Notes: generated from the letters alone by a model not told the origin. A stretch of 64,000 nucleotides of DNA from the human T2T-CHM13v2.0 reference genome, Homo sapiens (GCF_009914755.1 NC_060926.1); one strand, 5' to 3'; positions 27,081 to 40,421 are shown, counted from the first letter of the stretch. Program-made: numbers and translations.

Positions 27081-29804
27081 AGGCTTCCAGAAGTTAATTG
27101 AGGCTGGTGACCTTTAAAAAGACTGTAAGTTTCTGAAGGGAAACATTTGTAATTTCCTGTTGGCTGTGCCCTCAGAACTAAGTGGGAGTCAAATCAATGA
27201 ATTATCAGTCATTGAATGAATGAATAGAACCAGGAACTGGAGAAAGTGCCACACAGATGCTTGAGAGAAACTGGGTTTCCAATAGGAGGAAAATGGAGTT
27301 GTGGGCTGACAATGCCAATGGGAGGCGCTCAGAGTTGATAGCAGTGGGAAGCTCCTTCCTCAAATTCCATTGTGACACCATTTTTCTAGGTTACCAATTT
27401 TCTGTGCCATCAGAAACCGTCCCTGGCTTATATCAAAAGCAACAAAAAAGACAACAAATGTTAGCATCTGAAAACACATGTTCTGTTCTTGAATCCCTTT
27501 CTCAGTGAAATTTGAATTGCTCTTATTAGGTGAGCTGTAGAACCAGTTAGCAGTTTCTCAAAAGCCTGAAGACACTTTTTGCTTGTCATTGTTCCATCTC
27601 TTCTCCCTCCCCAGCCCACACACCAAGTGATTATAAGTGTACACTTAAAATAAATTCTTGATTCTTTTTTCTTATATAGAAATGTGCTTAATTGGGCCTT
27701 TGTCATTCAGGGAGACTGAACAGATGGAAGAAGAAAAATTATTAACTAAGATTTCCCACCTCATTGATTGAGCCATCACAAAGGAGATTTAAAAACTTGA
27801 GATTTCTTATCATGCTTTAGAATATGATCATGTAAGCCACCAAGCAGTTTTAGGAATTCTTTAAACAAAGCTATTTAATTATCCTTGTAATCAGCAAGAC
27901 CCGCATCTCCAGCTTAGGGAACAAAGAGAATATATCTTTTGCTTTTTTCCTCAAAATTTATTTGTTCACCCCACCCTCTCCCACTGCACAAGTCTAGTAT
28001 CTCTCTATGAGCCTCCATTCACTGTTTGAATAACCAAGAATCAGATAGTTACTTATTTAGTCCAAAGGGTTCAATCTTCTCTCTAAGTGCTTCCTGGACA
28101 GAAGGCTGGGTTGTCCCAAAAGTCTACAAGTGAGTGACTCTCAGTGTTTTCTTTTTAAATCAACTCATACTAAGAAATCATTTTGTGCACCTTGATATTT
28201 TCTATTATATGCTATTTCATTCCAAAAAAAATGTGATTATAACCTACTAAAATGATTTCACTATACTACCCATTGCACTTGGGGAAGGGGGTTGCAATTT
28301 TCAGCTGTTGCTGTCATTCGGTGTTGCTGTTGACAGCTAGCCCAATGCCTCCCTGTCAACTCCTGCAATGACACCATCTGTCACTTTCCAGAACGTGAAC
28401 TGACCATAGTTCTGCTCCACCCTTTGGACTCTCACAGTGAAGTTCTTTGAGTACATGGTCTCAGAAACATGAATACCATGTTGTGGTAGTAATGGCAGTA
28501 AGCATGGTGGGCACCCACATTGCATGACCCAGCCTTCGTCATGCACTGGGGAAAATGTCAGCTGTCCCCTCACACGCTCTAGACTTTGGTGTTAGGTCTA
28601 AACTCACATTCCAGGCTCATCCTTCTTTCATGATCAGTTTCCCCTCTGGGGTAACCATAGGAGCCCTTTTATGATGGCTGTAAAGTAGAATAATATTGAA
28701 CCTCCTAGGAATTCCAATATTCCTAGTGTTTACATACCAAAAAGGAGGTTGTTCAAGATCCTAAAATAAGAATCTGCTATATTTATGGTCTCTACCTAGA
28801 CAGAAAAGGAGGCAGTCACGTTTTATATTGCAACTTCACTTGTTTGGGATAATAAGAACATTGATATTTCACCAAACCAGCCCCTGTTATGCTTTACTAC
28901 GGAGAACTAAGAGAAGAAGGACCAAGATTCACACCTGGCTTTATTGAACAAGCTGGGTCACCCTGGTCCAGTTGCTTCATCTTTCCACATGGCTGTTTCA
29001 CCACATCTCAGACAGAGGTCATAATATCTTCACTGCCTAACTTCTACAATTATTATGAGACTGTTGAGATATCAGAGGTAGTGCTAGAAAAATTTTAAAA
29101 ATTATCCTGATACAAATAAATGACCATGAATGCAACCTTAATGCTGTCTAAGTAAATTCTTCCACTGAAAATTTGAAATGGCATGAAAGAGGTCATGTTT
29201 CTAAGAACACACTTTGCTTAAAGTCAAAAATCACCTTCCTAGCCACGAGAACTCTAAGGATTTCATTATTAGAATATTTTTCCTGGAATCAAAATTGCCT
29301 TCTCTACTCACCCTTGAAGCCACTTCAATAAAAGCTCTTCCTAGTGGGCACTCAGAGGAAGTCATTTGTTTGATGTATATATTTAATTTTGTGTACATTT
29401 TTGTGCCTCATCTGCAAATCCCACTTCCAATATTTATCTCAAGATCCTCTACGGGACTCCTGATGTATACTCTTTCCTTCCAAGAAAAAAGAACTAATGG
29501 ACTCAAAGGGAGTTTTGTAAAAACAGGGATAAATAGTAAATAAAAATCAAGGTCAAGGTAAGGGATTTGTGTCATCTTGTGGCAATTAAACCTGAATTGT
29601 ATGGCCAAGGCAAAATAGTGTACTGATTTTCTTTCCTCATTGATGACTTCATTGCTGGATTGGATATATAACATCTTAGCTTTGAAAGAATGAATGTTTT
29701 AGAACACATTTTCTCTAAATCATTTTTCAAGACTTCCTGTTACTTCATCTAAAGCTGCTTTCCATTAATAATTCCTCAGTACAAAGCATCTAGACACACA
29801 GACA

Positions 29805-29890
29805 CCATAATTAGGGGGATTTCAATTACCTATGCGAGGAGGCAGGTAATTGACAATCTAATTAGTCTCATTTCAATTACCATTTTTCTC
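29805..29890. promoter_or_regulatory. Homeodomain-site cluster (candidate enhancer core)
   Basis: TAATTAG, three CAATTA/TAATTG and CTAATTAG in ~80 bp; 10-bp inverted repeat TCAATTACCT-N12-AGGTAATTGA. Confidence 0.35.
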
Positions 29891-30189
29891 TTCATTCGAG
29901 CAGTTAGTTGGAGAGTAGAGAAGGTTTGTAAAATATTCTAAGACCATGCATTTTCAAGCTAGATTTACAAAAGATTAAGGCTGGACTTTTCCAAGACCAA
30001 GGGAGCATACAAGATAGGAAGACAGGGGCCAAGACAGCTGCTGTGTGCAAGAGCCAGACAAGCATATTAGAAGCTCATCAGGCAAAAATGTGACTCCAAA
30101 TCCTGGGGTAGAAGCTGGCAGATTCTTCAGCTAGGACTAATTCATTGTCCAAAGGAGAAGTTATTTGAAACATGCGTTATTTAGTGAAT

Positions 30190-30410
30190 TAATAATCACT
30201 GTCATTTATTGAGTGTTTGCTATGTATCAAACACCATGGAAGCATCTGATGTGTAGTATTCTCTCGTTTTATAGTCACCATCAACTCTCCGTGGTTATAA
30301 TTATCATCTCTACTTTACAAATAAGGAAAAGGAATGAGACAGGGAGATTGTATAATCTCTCTACCTAGATATTTTGACCCTGAATCCCATGCTCTCAAAC
30401 TCTGTGTTTA
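30190..30410 (-). mobile_element. MIR SINE
   Basis: catttattgagtgtttgctatgtatcaaacac..tactttacaaataaggaaa. Confidence 0.6.
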
Positions 30411-30419
30411 TTTCCTGAT

Positions 30420-30640
30420 TCATGGAGGAAAACATGGCTTTGGATTTTAGCAGACCTAGGAGAAAATCCCAACTCCTCCACCTACCAATCAACTGTTCCA
30501 GTCTGGGCAAGTATTTGAGTTCTCTAAACCTCAATTTCTTCATCTATATAATAATAATTGTACTTTTGTCTTCTTGTGAGAATTAAGGAAGTTGATGTTT
30601 ATAAAGTACTAATCAGGGTTCCTGGAACAACAACAAAAAA
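30420..30640 (+). mobile_element. MIR SINE
   Basis: ggctttgga..cagacctagg..tgggcaagtatttgagttctctaaacctcaatttcttcatctata. Confidence 0.7.
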
Positions 30641-31217
30641 ATAAACCTCCACCAAAATATTATGTTCCCCCTCACCTTCCTGAATAAAACAACAGCTGCC
30701 TTTTTCTTGCTACTGAAAATATGCAGTATACATATTGCATAGATATGTACGTACATGTAGATAAATATGTATGCAATAGAAAATTAAAAGTGCCTAAAGG
30801 ACAAAATCAAAACATCAAGGCCAGTGGTAATATGGATTAACCAAGAGTAACTCAAGCCTGTATTATCTCCTCTCTGAGCCCTACAGCCCTGTTGGGTACA
30901 GTTTGCACCCAATCATCCAGTGCCCTAAGCACCCCTCTTCCATCTGGCATGATGGTCAGTTTCATATGTGTTTTTCAGCTTCCTTTCCCCTTCCTATTAT
31001 GACTTTCCTGAATCTTCCAAGACAGCTTAAAACATAAAGAAAAGTTGACACTGAAAAAGGTAATAGATTTTTACTCAATATGTGTGACTGTCAGGAACAT
31101 ATTAGTTTATTTCTAGGAAATTTAAATGGCTTAATCCAAAAGTAATCAGGGCCCCTGCATATAGATTATAAGGAGATAGTCCTAAAAATAGGGAAATCAG
31201 GTCATCAAGCTTCTGGG

Positions 31218-31560
31218 CCAGTGCTGAACAACAGGAATATAACACAAGCCACAAATGCAAGCCATGTATATAAATTCAAAATTTCTAGAAGTCACATTTA
31301 AAGAAATAGTAAGAATAAAAAGATAAACTCACTTTTAAACATATTTTATTTTATTTAACATGTAATAGCCCCAAATCATCATTTCAATGTGTAATGAATA
31401 TAAACATTATTATTGAGATACTGTGTTTTACATTTTGGGAGGGAGACCAAGTCTTTGAAATTAGTCATTTTACACATCAGCATGACCCAACTTGGGGTAG
31501 CCCATGTCAGATGCTCCACAGCCAGCCAAAGCTGGTGGCTACACATTTGATTTTGCAGGT
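31218..31560. mobile_element. MER33-like hAT-Charlie MITE
   Basis: aatataacacaagccaca..aaatttctagaagtcacattt..atcatttcaatgtgtaat..ggtggctac. Confidence 0.7.
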
Positions 31561-32423
31561 CTAGACTTCTCATGAATCATATTCGTTCCCCAGTCAGTCA
31601 GAGCCAGTGGGAGATTCCTTATCGCCGAACGATAGGGTGAGCCTATCGTCTGCCACAGAGGATAGAATTTCAGCTGCAGTGCAGGTGAGCCAGGCTTCAA
31701 AACAACGATAAGCATCTGCACCAACTTTGTTGCCTTTACAATGCTTTGGCATGCTTTATTTCATGTGCTCCTCATAGCAAATCCACATTTTATCATTCCC
31801 CTTATATAATGTAAGTTTCCACTGATTACTGATGGGTTTAAATACTATATTCTAGTGATATGATTTTGGATAGGTTACTTAACCTCTCTGAGGTTCCCTT
31901 TTCATGCCTGTATAATAAAAAATAATTATTCATGGTATGGATGGTGATTGTAAAGATTAGAGGGAATGTATATGAAGTGCCACGGGATAAGTGCTCCAAA
32001 AGGATAGTAAATATTCAAATTGTGCAGACTCCAAGTCACATATTCACTGCCCCACATCATGCTGTCTGCATGAACAGGTAGATCTGAAAGATTTTACAAA
32101 AAAGAGAGCAGCTCAGCATCTGGCAGAGCTATTTCTCATCTAGATGATGCTGACTTTGATGCTATAGCCAATATTTTCTAAAAGTCCTTAGTTCTCAACC
32201 TCTCTACATAGACCCTGACCTACCTTTGTAGATTCTCCAGTGTGGATAAGTTGGGATGTGACATACAGGTCTTTTGGGGGACTCACTTTGATATGAACAT
32301 GATGGGCACGGGTGGCTCAGCTGTGTGAGTGTTCAGCTCTCTTCCTTTGCCGGAATCACTGGATATCCAGACTTTGACCAAAAGTCTAGAGTCCTGAACT
32401 CCTTGATGCTGCATTTGCCCAAA

Positions 32424-32484
32424 AATCAGAACTCAGTGCCTCTAGAATGAATCAGAACTCAAATGCATCTAGAAATCAGAATTC
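32424..32484 (+). repeat. Short imperfect tandem repeat (~26-bp unit, about 2.5 copies)
   Basis: aatcagaactcagtgcctctagaatg / aatcagaactcaaatgcatctaga / aatcagaattc. Confidence 0.7.
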
Positions 32485-35400
32485 TTTGGGGCATTGGTCA
32501 TCTCAGAACCAGGGTAACACTGAATGGGTGGCAAAACTGTTTGTGGGCTTAAAATACTGGCACTGTTTATATGGCCTTATGCAGGCACCTGCTTATTTTA
32601 ACTACATGCAAGTCTTGTTCTGATCATAATAAAAACTCTGGCCCCAGGCTTGAGTCCCTTGGATTTCACCAGAAATAGAAATTTTAACCTGGGTATTTAT
32701 TTGGTGCACATAGTTTATACATTTTCATTTCTGAATTTTTGACAGTCTTATTGCTCCCATGTGCAGAAAAAGAGGCTAAAGGAGATTTGAACTGTTTTAT
32801 TTGTAATTCTAAAATGTTATGGCATTTATCATAATGGACTCATCACGGGTGGCAGTGGAATCTGAGTCCAGGGGTAGCTGGGATATGAATAGATTTTCAA
32901 TACTTGGGGAGCTGGTAGAAGAGAATGGAACACAGATAAAGTCAAGGTTCAAAGTGGGCAAGATTGGGGTTAAGGGACCCACAGAACATGCAGGAAATCA
33001 GAAATTCAGGTACTCAAGATGAAGATTAAATAATATTGACTCTTCTGCTTCTCAGATGAATTCTAGTCACTTTGGCTCTTTCTGATGCTACTGTTGCTTT
33101 TGAGATGCTCTGATTTTTTCTAAATAAACTTTACCTGTAAGGAGCATAACCATTCTTTATCAGGTTATTCTTGGAATGACAGTATATATTAGAAGTTGTT
33201 TGCTGAAACTAGCACCCCTGAGGAACCATTGTTTCCATTAGTGTATTTCTTTGGCCATTATTCTGGAGAATAATCTTAGGGTATCTTAGGGTTCAGATAA
33301 CTAAAGATCTCTGGCCACCTTTTTGACCATGAGAGAAGGATACAGCTACTTGCTGTCTCCATGCAGAGGCTTGAAGTTGGCTAATATCAAGCTGTGACCT
33401 TGACTACGGACGACTTCCTAAGCTTTCAAAGGATCAGCATGGGTCTTCAACTACTGACCATGACTTAAGCTAAGACCATCTACTGCTGAACTAGTGCAGT
33501 TCCTCTCTCAAGTACAGTCCTGGAACTCTTACCTAGTGAGCATGAGATTTCCAGTGTGCTTTTTAGAATATGCTGTATATTATTTTAAAAATGTGATCGA
33601 GCTGGAGACTTTCTTTCCTTTTAGAAACACTTCAAAAGGTGAGGAACAAAAAGAACAAATCCATTCCCACCAACAAAAAGACAATGTTCAGTTAACCTTG
33701 TTCCTTCAAATGCCCACGGCTTCTTTGGTTCACCAACTGTCATAAATTTGCTCCCTCCTAGCACAAAAGCTTTCTTTGAGGTTGAGAGGTTGAGTTTTAT
33801 CTGCCTCCAGGGATACGGGGTTGCTCTCCTCTGCATCCGAGGGCCCTGGAGTACTGTTGCTGGTCTCTTTTTAGATGGGCTTGGTATTCTAATGAATGAG
33901 TTGTGAAATGAGTTCCGAGGCTCCCCAGGAGACAGATGAGGCTGCCTTGTCTTCTCCAACGTCGACTGCATCTGTCTATTGCAAATCAAAGCAAAACCAA
34001 CACCTAAACCAATCAATCCATCCCTAGAACTTCTGTAAAACATTAACTCCCAAAGCAAGGGAAAGAACAGTAAGGTGAGGTGACTCACACTTCTCTGTTT
34101 CCCTTAGGTAAAGAAAAACAGTTCCCTGTTTGCATCCTGTGAAAATTATTTTCAGGTGGCGAATTCTTTCTATTATTTGTTATAACTAGGCTATTGGCTA
34201 AGACCAACTTTGGGTTAAGTATTCAGCATTTCGAAGGCACACTGGGAATGAACTGTGTTTCCTAGGTAGAATTTTGTACCATTGGGTGTCTTATTGCCAG
34301 GAGATTCATGTTCTCCAATATTTTTTTCTAAATTCAATTACGAGAAATATATAAGACTATAAAACCTGCAGTTGGAAAAAAAAAAAAAGTCCTATTGGGA
34401 ATGTAAACAGAAGCAAAGCTATGGTGCTTCTAGAAGTTCTATTTTAAAATTTCTGTTATTAAAAGTTATAGAAACAGAAAAAACATATATAAGGAAACCA
34501 TTAAGAATGGGCAAGGACTATTCACTTGCTATTCCCAGTAGGGACTGGAAGATATTTGAAAATTGAAATATTGAGATGTCTTGATTTGGGCTATACTCTC
34601 CTATTAATGTCATTAATAAACCAGATCCATTGAGCTCAACACTTAAACTGTGTTTAACATTTCCCAATGAAATACATTTAAGGCACAGTCATAGCTGCCA
34701 ACCATGAAATAGGTTAGATTGTTCTGTTTTGAGAGCTAAAACAACAGGAACTAAACATAAGCAATCAACAGAGTTATTCTGGCCATTTTATCAACCACGT
34801 GACTCCTCAATTGTTTCACAATTGCTAATTATCACAACTGAAAGAAGACCAAAATCCCCACAGAACTGTTGCTTCCCAACTGTCACGCAGAGAAAGTTCA
34901 ATTTTCCTGTACCTGCTTCTGTAAAGCATAAGGCATACATCATTTCCCCTTTCTGGGAGTATAGTGAGAGTGCCTTTTCATTACATATCCTAACAAAACT
35001 TTTCAGGGTTTGCCAGGGCTTTCTCTAGTCTCCCCTTCATTATACAGAAACATTTATTTCAGCAGGACAAAGATGATTAAGTCGTTTCTGCTTTTCTTTA
35101 TGTTTGAGTAACAAGCATCTGTGTTATTTTTCTCATTTTTATGTTTTGAGTCTCTTGCTTCAAGGTCCCTTTGTAAACTTGGGGTTAAGCCAGCTCTTCT
35201 GCTAGATTACAGGTGTCAGGGGAACCGGAATCATTTCTCCTTGTCTCTTCTTGCACAGAGACCCTGATAGCTGGAACCTGGAGGGCAGTCTCATTTTTAT
35301 TGGATGATTGGATAGATTTTCAGTCTGGACTGATATTCACCAGAGTATTTAACTAATTTCATTGAATAACTTTCCCAAACGAAATGACACCAGAAACTTC

Positions 35401-35994
35401 TCCTACCCAATTGGAATAGAGAGAAAGACATCAAGTCGTTACAAACCACCATAGTTTATTATATGCATACAGATGAAGATGACTCAGGCACTCTTCTCAG
35501 AGCAGTGATTGGCTCTATAAACTAGGCTCTATTTGGGGAGGCCTTTTTAATCAGGGATAAGAATTATTCTCAGAAGACTATGTAATTTTAAGCAATGTAA
35601 AAATATTCAGGTAACTACAGTGGTAACAAATATCCATGATTATATTATACACAATCAATTCTATAAACTTCAAAGATATCAATGAAAATAATATCAAGTA
35701 AAGCCCCATAAATATACAGCTATTTGTGTTGATGAGAAATTCACCAGTTCCATTTTCTTACAAACTTTCATCTACAGTTCTGCCCTGTGGTATCTGCCTT
35801 GATACAAGTAGTTATAAACGTTTGGGGATCTTGCATACATAATTAATATGTTTGCCTATCAAGCTAGAACCCTAGCATATAGGAGTTCTGATAATTCCCG
35901 CAGTTAAAGAAACTGTTTGTTTTCCTTGGTATCACTCAATCTGTAAATGCATACAACTTAGAAACCCTTTGTGTATTGTTTTTAGTTGCACTTT

Positions 35995-35995
<1 letters not shown>

Positions 35996-36027
<32 letters not shown>
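35996..36027. repeat. Poly-T tract (32 nt)
   Basis: Uninterrupted T run with no attached Alu or L1 body. Confidence 0.9.
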
Positions 36028-36033
<6 letters not shown>

Positions 36034-36594
36034 GCAGCTGTGAAGCACCATTCTTGAAACATGTTATCAGATGCCTACTCTACACCAAGCACTGAACTCT
36101 GTGCTGGCCTGTGAGATTGCACGAAATGGACAAGGCTTCTACACTCATGGGTTATACATTCCAGCAGGAAGAGACAGGCAATAACCCTACAAGCAAGTCA
36201 TTTTAAGGTGGCACTAAGTGCTGTGACTACCCACAAAGTGGAGTGAGAAGGAGTGAAGCCAGAGTAAGCAGTGGGGACAAATGTGAATCTTAGGAAAGAC
36301 CTTTCTGAGGAAGTCACCTGCCATCAAACAGACTTCGGGATAGGCTACCTTATATCACCTACCTAAAACAGACAAACAAAAATGTTCCAGACACATTTTC
36401 AAAAACAAAGTAGAATTCTGGCTGCAAAGCCCTGTGATTCCATAAAGGATAGAGAATTGTTCTATATGAAGGAAATCCAGTTGGCAGAACTCAAGGCAAG
36501 CCAGCGGCCCAATAATGTAAGGAAACCTGTGTTCTAAGTTTGTAGAAAGTATTCAAAGTTGAGTTTCCTGAAATCTGAATGTCCTGTTACCTGA

Positions 36595-36985
<391 letters not shown>

Positions 36986-37140
36986 TCCCTCATGATTTTT
37001 AAATTTTCCATAGCACTTTTGATCTATGTTGAGTCATTTAAGGCTCAGATAGTCTTGCATTGCATCTATTCTGTGTGTTACCCCTGATTTTATAACTAGT
37101 TTATAAGCCCTCCTACAGATGTCCCTACTATATCTCCTAG

Positions 37141-37398
37141 CAGGATCAGCAAAATTTTCCATAAAGGATCAAATTGTAAATATTTAGGTTTTGTGGGCTA
37201 CGTATGGTTTTTGCTATTCTTCTTCTTCTTCTTCTTCTTCTTCTTCTTCTTCTTCTTCTTCTTCTTCTTCTTCTTCTTCTTCTTCTTTTTTTTAATTTAA
37301 ATGCTTTAAAGATGTAAAAACTATTCTTCATTTCCAGGCCACACAAAAACAGTCTTTGGACAGGGTTTGGCCCATGGACCATAGTTTGCTAACCACTG
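37141..37398. mobile_element. MER58-family MITE containing a (TTC)n tract
   Basis: caggatcagcaaaattttccataaagg…atttaggttttgtgggc / tttggcccatggaccatagtttgctaaccactg. Confidence 0.75.
37217..37285. repeat. (TTC)23 / (GAA)23 trinucleotide microsatellite
   Basis: 69-nt uninterrupted repeat, counted directly. Confidence 0.97.
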
Positions 37399-37506
37399 TT
37401 TACAGAACAAATCATGTAGTAAATGTGCAACATGTATGTGTTTATTGAGAGCATGTACATTTTCTAGAGTAATCTCCATGTCAGTTTTCTAAGAATTGAG
37501 GCTTAC

Positions 37507-37884
<378 letters not shown>

Positions 37885-38001
37885 TCACACACTCAAAGTC
37901 ACTGCCATACTCACATACACATATTTACACACTCACACACCTGCCACTGAGGCATCAATCTTACGAAACAGATAGCACAGTAGTACTCAGCCATGGATCA
38001 T

Positions 38002-38243
38002 TCGGGCACAGTGGCTCATGCCTGTAGTCCCGACACTTTGAGAGGCAGAGGTGGGAGGATCACTTCAGCCCAGAAGTTCAAGATCAGCTTGAGCAACAAA
38101 ATGAGACCCCGTCTCAGGAGGCTGAGGTGGAAGGATCACTTGAGCCCAGGAGGTTGAGGCTGCAATGAGCTGTGGTGGTGCTACTGTATTCCAGCCTGGG
38201 AAAGAGAGCAAGACCCTGTCTCAAAAAAATAAAAAATAAAAAA
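38002..38243 (+). mobile_element. AluJ with internal deletion
   Basis: Left arm ending gagaccccgtctc joins directly to right-arm aggaggctgagg; A-rich linker absent. Confidence 0.85.
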
Positions 38244-38244
38244 T

Positions 38245-38370
38245 GCCCACGCTCAGGCCTCACTACAGACTAATTGAATCAGAATATCTGGATGGGAGCC
38301 CAGATTTTTTAAAGTATTTTTTAAAGCCTTTCAGATGATTCTATTTTGCAGCTTAGTTAAGAACCAATGT
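38245..38370. mobile_element. MER5-family MITE fragment
   Basis: cagactaattgaatcagaatatctgg..gatgattcta..tgcagc..ttaagaacca. Confidence 0.6.
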
Positions 38371-38371
38371 T

Positions 38372-38835
38372 TTAATAGCAAAGACTTGGAATCAACCCAA
38401 ATTTCCATCAATGATAGGCTGCATAAAGAAAATGTGGCATATATACACCATGGAATACCATGCAGCCATAAAAAAGAATGAGTTCATGTCCTTTGCAGGA
38501 CATGGATGAAGCTGGAAGCCATCATTCTCAGCAAACTAACACAAGAACAGAAAACCAAACACCACATGTTCTCATTCATAAGTGGGAGTTGATCATTGAG
38601 AACACATGGACACAGGGAGGGGAACATCACACATCAGGGCCTGTCAGGAGATGCGGGGCAAAGGGAGGGAGAGCATTAACAAATAACTCAGGGCTTAAAA
38701 CCTAGATGGTGGGTTGATGGGTGCAGGAAACTACCATTGCACATGTATGCCTATGTAACAAACCTGCACGTTCTGCCCATGTATCCCAGAAATTAAAGTA
38801 TAATAAATAAATAAATAAAACTAAAAATAAAAAAC
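38372..38835 (+). mobile_element. L1PA 3' end (5'-truncated)
   Basis: atagcaaagacttggaatcaacccaaa…gaagctggaagccatcattctcagcaaactaacaca…aacctgcacgttctg…aataaa tail. Confidence 0.93.
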
Positions 38836-38839
38836 TCAA

Positions 38840-38970
38840 ACTGGTGGCATTCCCCCTAGAGTTTCTGATTTAGTGGCTCTGGGATGGGAGGCCTAGAGTT
38901 TCTTTTTCTTGCAATTTCCTAGATGATGCTTATGCTGTTTGTCTGGAGGCTGCACTCTGAAAATCATTGT
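38840..38970. mobile_element. MER5A fragment
   Basis: ccctagagtttctgatttagt..ctgggatggg..ttcctagatgatgct..cactctgaaaatcattg. Confidence 0.6.
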
Positions 38971-39343
38971 CATAGAGAGAGGAAAGTTGATCCAGGTGAG
39001 AGCTTTCCTCTCATTGGGTTTTTTTGGTTGATTTGGTTGGTTGGTCTGTTAGTTGGTATTTTTGTTTAGTTTTTTTTTTCCTTAATTTTGAAGTTTTTAG
39101 TGTTGTAGCAAAAGAAAGAAAGTAACTTGAAGGCAGAGACCATGTGAAGGCATGGAGTGTATTCTTAACAATTATTTGTTTAATTTAGAACATGGGATTG
39201 TCTACTAGGAACAGGGGAGAAAAATGGTTTTGCTCTCTTAGTGGAGAAAGAAAAAATCCTGAATAAATAGCAGGGCATTTCAAAGACTACTTTAAATACA
39301 TATTCCAATAATACAGAGAAGGCCTGTGATGAGGAAAACCTAC

Positions 39344-39707
39344 TAATATGGTTTCACTCTGTGTCCCCACCCAAATCTCATCTTGAACTGTAAGTCTCAT
39401 GTGTTAAGGGAGGGACCTGGTTGGAGGTGATTGGATCATGGGGGCAGTTTCCCCCAGCCTGTTCTCGTGATAGTGAGTGAGTTCTCATGAGATCTGAGGG
39501 TTTAAAAGTGGCACTTCCCCCTTTACACTCTCTCTCTCCTGCTGCCATGTAAGATGTGTCTTGCTTCCCCCTTTGCCTTCTGCCATGGTTGTAAGTTTCC
39601 TGAGGCCTCCCTAGCCATTCAGAAATGTGAATCAATTAAACCTTTTTTCTTTATAAATTACCCAGTCTCAGATATTCTTTATAGCAGTTTGAAAATGGAC
39701 TAATACA
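39344..39707 (+). mobile_element. THE1 (ERVL-MaLR) solo LTR
   Basis: t(a)atatggtttc..ctgtgtccccacccaaatctcatcttgaa … aaatggactaataca; 5-bp TSD CCTAC on both sides. Confidence 0.95.
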
Positions 39708-39967
39708 CCTACCAAAGCCAACAATTACAGTCAAAGGAGTTAGCTGATAAAATACTCTGGGCCAAATATTTTGGGAAGCTCATCCAAAAGAGAAAATACA
39801 TCAACCTTCAAGAAGTCAGTGCCATGAAAACTGGCAACACTGCATTCATTATCTGTTGAAAGGTTTATGCATGAGACTTTATTTAATGAGTACAGAATCC
39901 CAGATACTATACATGGTTTCAGATGCCCCACTCATCAACCAGTGTAAGAGAAAAACCAATAAATCCT

Positions 39968-40421
39968 TGCTACTCAAAGTGTGGCCCTTGGACTAGCAGC
40001 ATTGCTATCACCTGAGAGCTGATTAGAAACAGGGCTTTGTTAGGACTTTCGTGAGCCACAAACACTTTTGTCTTCATGGGCCCCTTCTTTCAGAAAGAAA
40101 ATTAAGAATTATATCTTATAATTAGGCTAATATAAAAATATACATTAATATTATATATTATAAATTTTTCTTCAGCCTAAAAGTTTAGGATTTTTTCGTT
40201 TGATTTTAAAAGATGTTTAAACATTGCCTTGGGCCGCCAAAAGAACCAAGGGCTCTAGGCATTGTGCCTTCCGTCTCCTGCGCCTAAAGGACAAGTCAGC
40301 CCTGGTTAGAAATACAGAAATACAGAATCTTAGGTTCCTCCCCAAAGTTACCAAATCAGAATCTACATTTTAACAAAATCCCCAACGGACTCAAATACAC
40401 ATTCAAATTTGAGAAGCACTG
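39968..40421 (+). mobile_element. MER5A interrupted by a MER96B-like insertion
   Basis: tgctactcaaagtgtggccc..cagcattg..cacctgagagctgattagaaa [insert] gttagaaatacagaat..tttgagaagcactg. Confidence 0.75.
40030..40304. mobile_element. MER96B-like hAT MITE
   Basis: CAGGGC…GCCCTG termini, 8-bp TSD (a/g)ttagaaa, ctaggcattgtgcct..gcctaaaggacaagtcagccctg. Confidence 0.7.

Noticed and set aside
28337-28573. 78-aa ORF with protein-like composition
   Set aside because: No family recognised, GTG start, and no strong flanking splice sites.
33621-34088. 155-aa minus-strand ORF
   Set aside because: It has a non-ATG start, no recognisable domain and no convincing exon boundaries; the length is attainable by chance.
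35996-36027. Poly-T as the tail of a processed pseudogene
   Set aside because: No adjacent ORF remnant, polyadenylation signal or TSD was found.
37146-37382. Poly-arginine ORF
   Set aside because: It is a translation of the (GAA)23 microsatellite in MER58.
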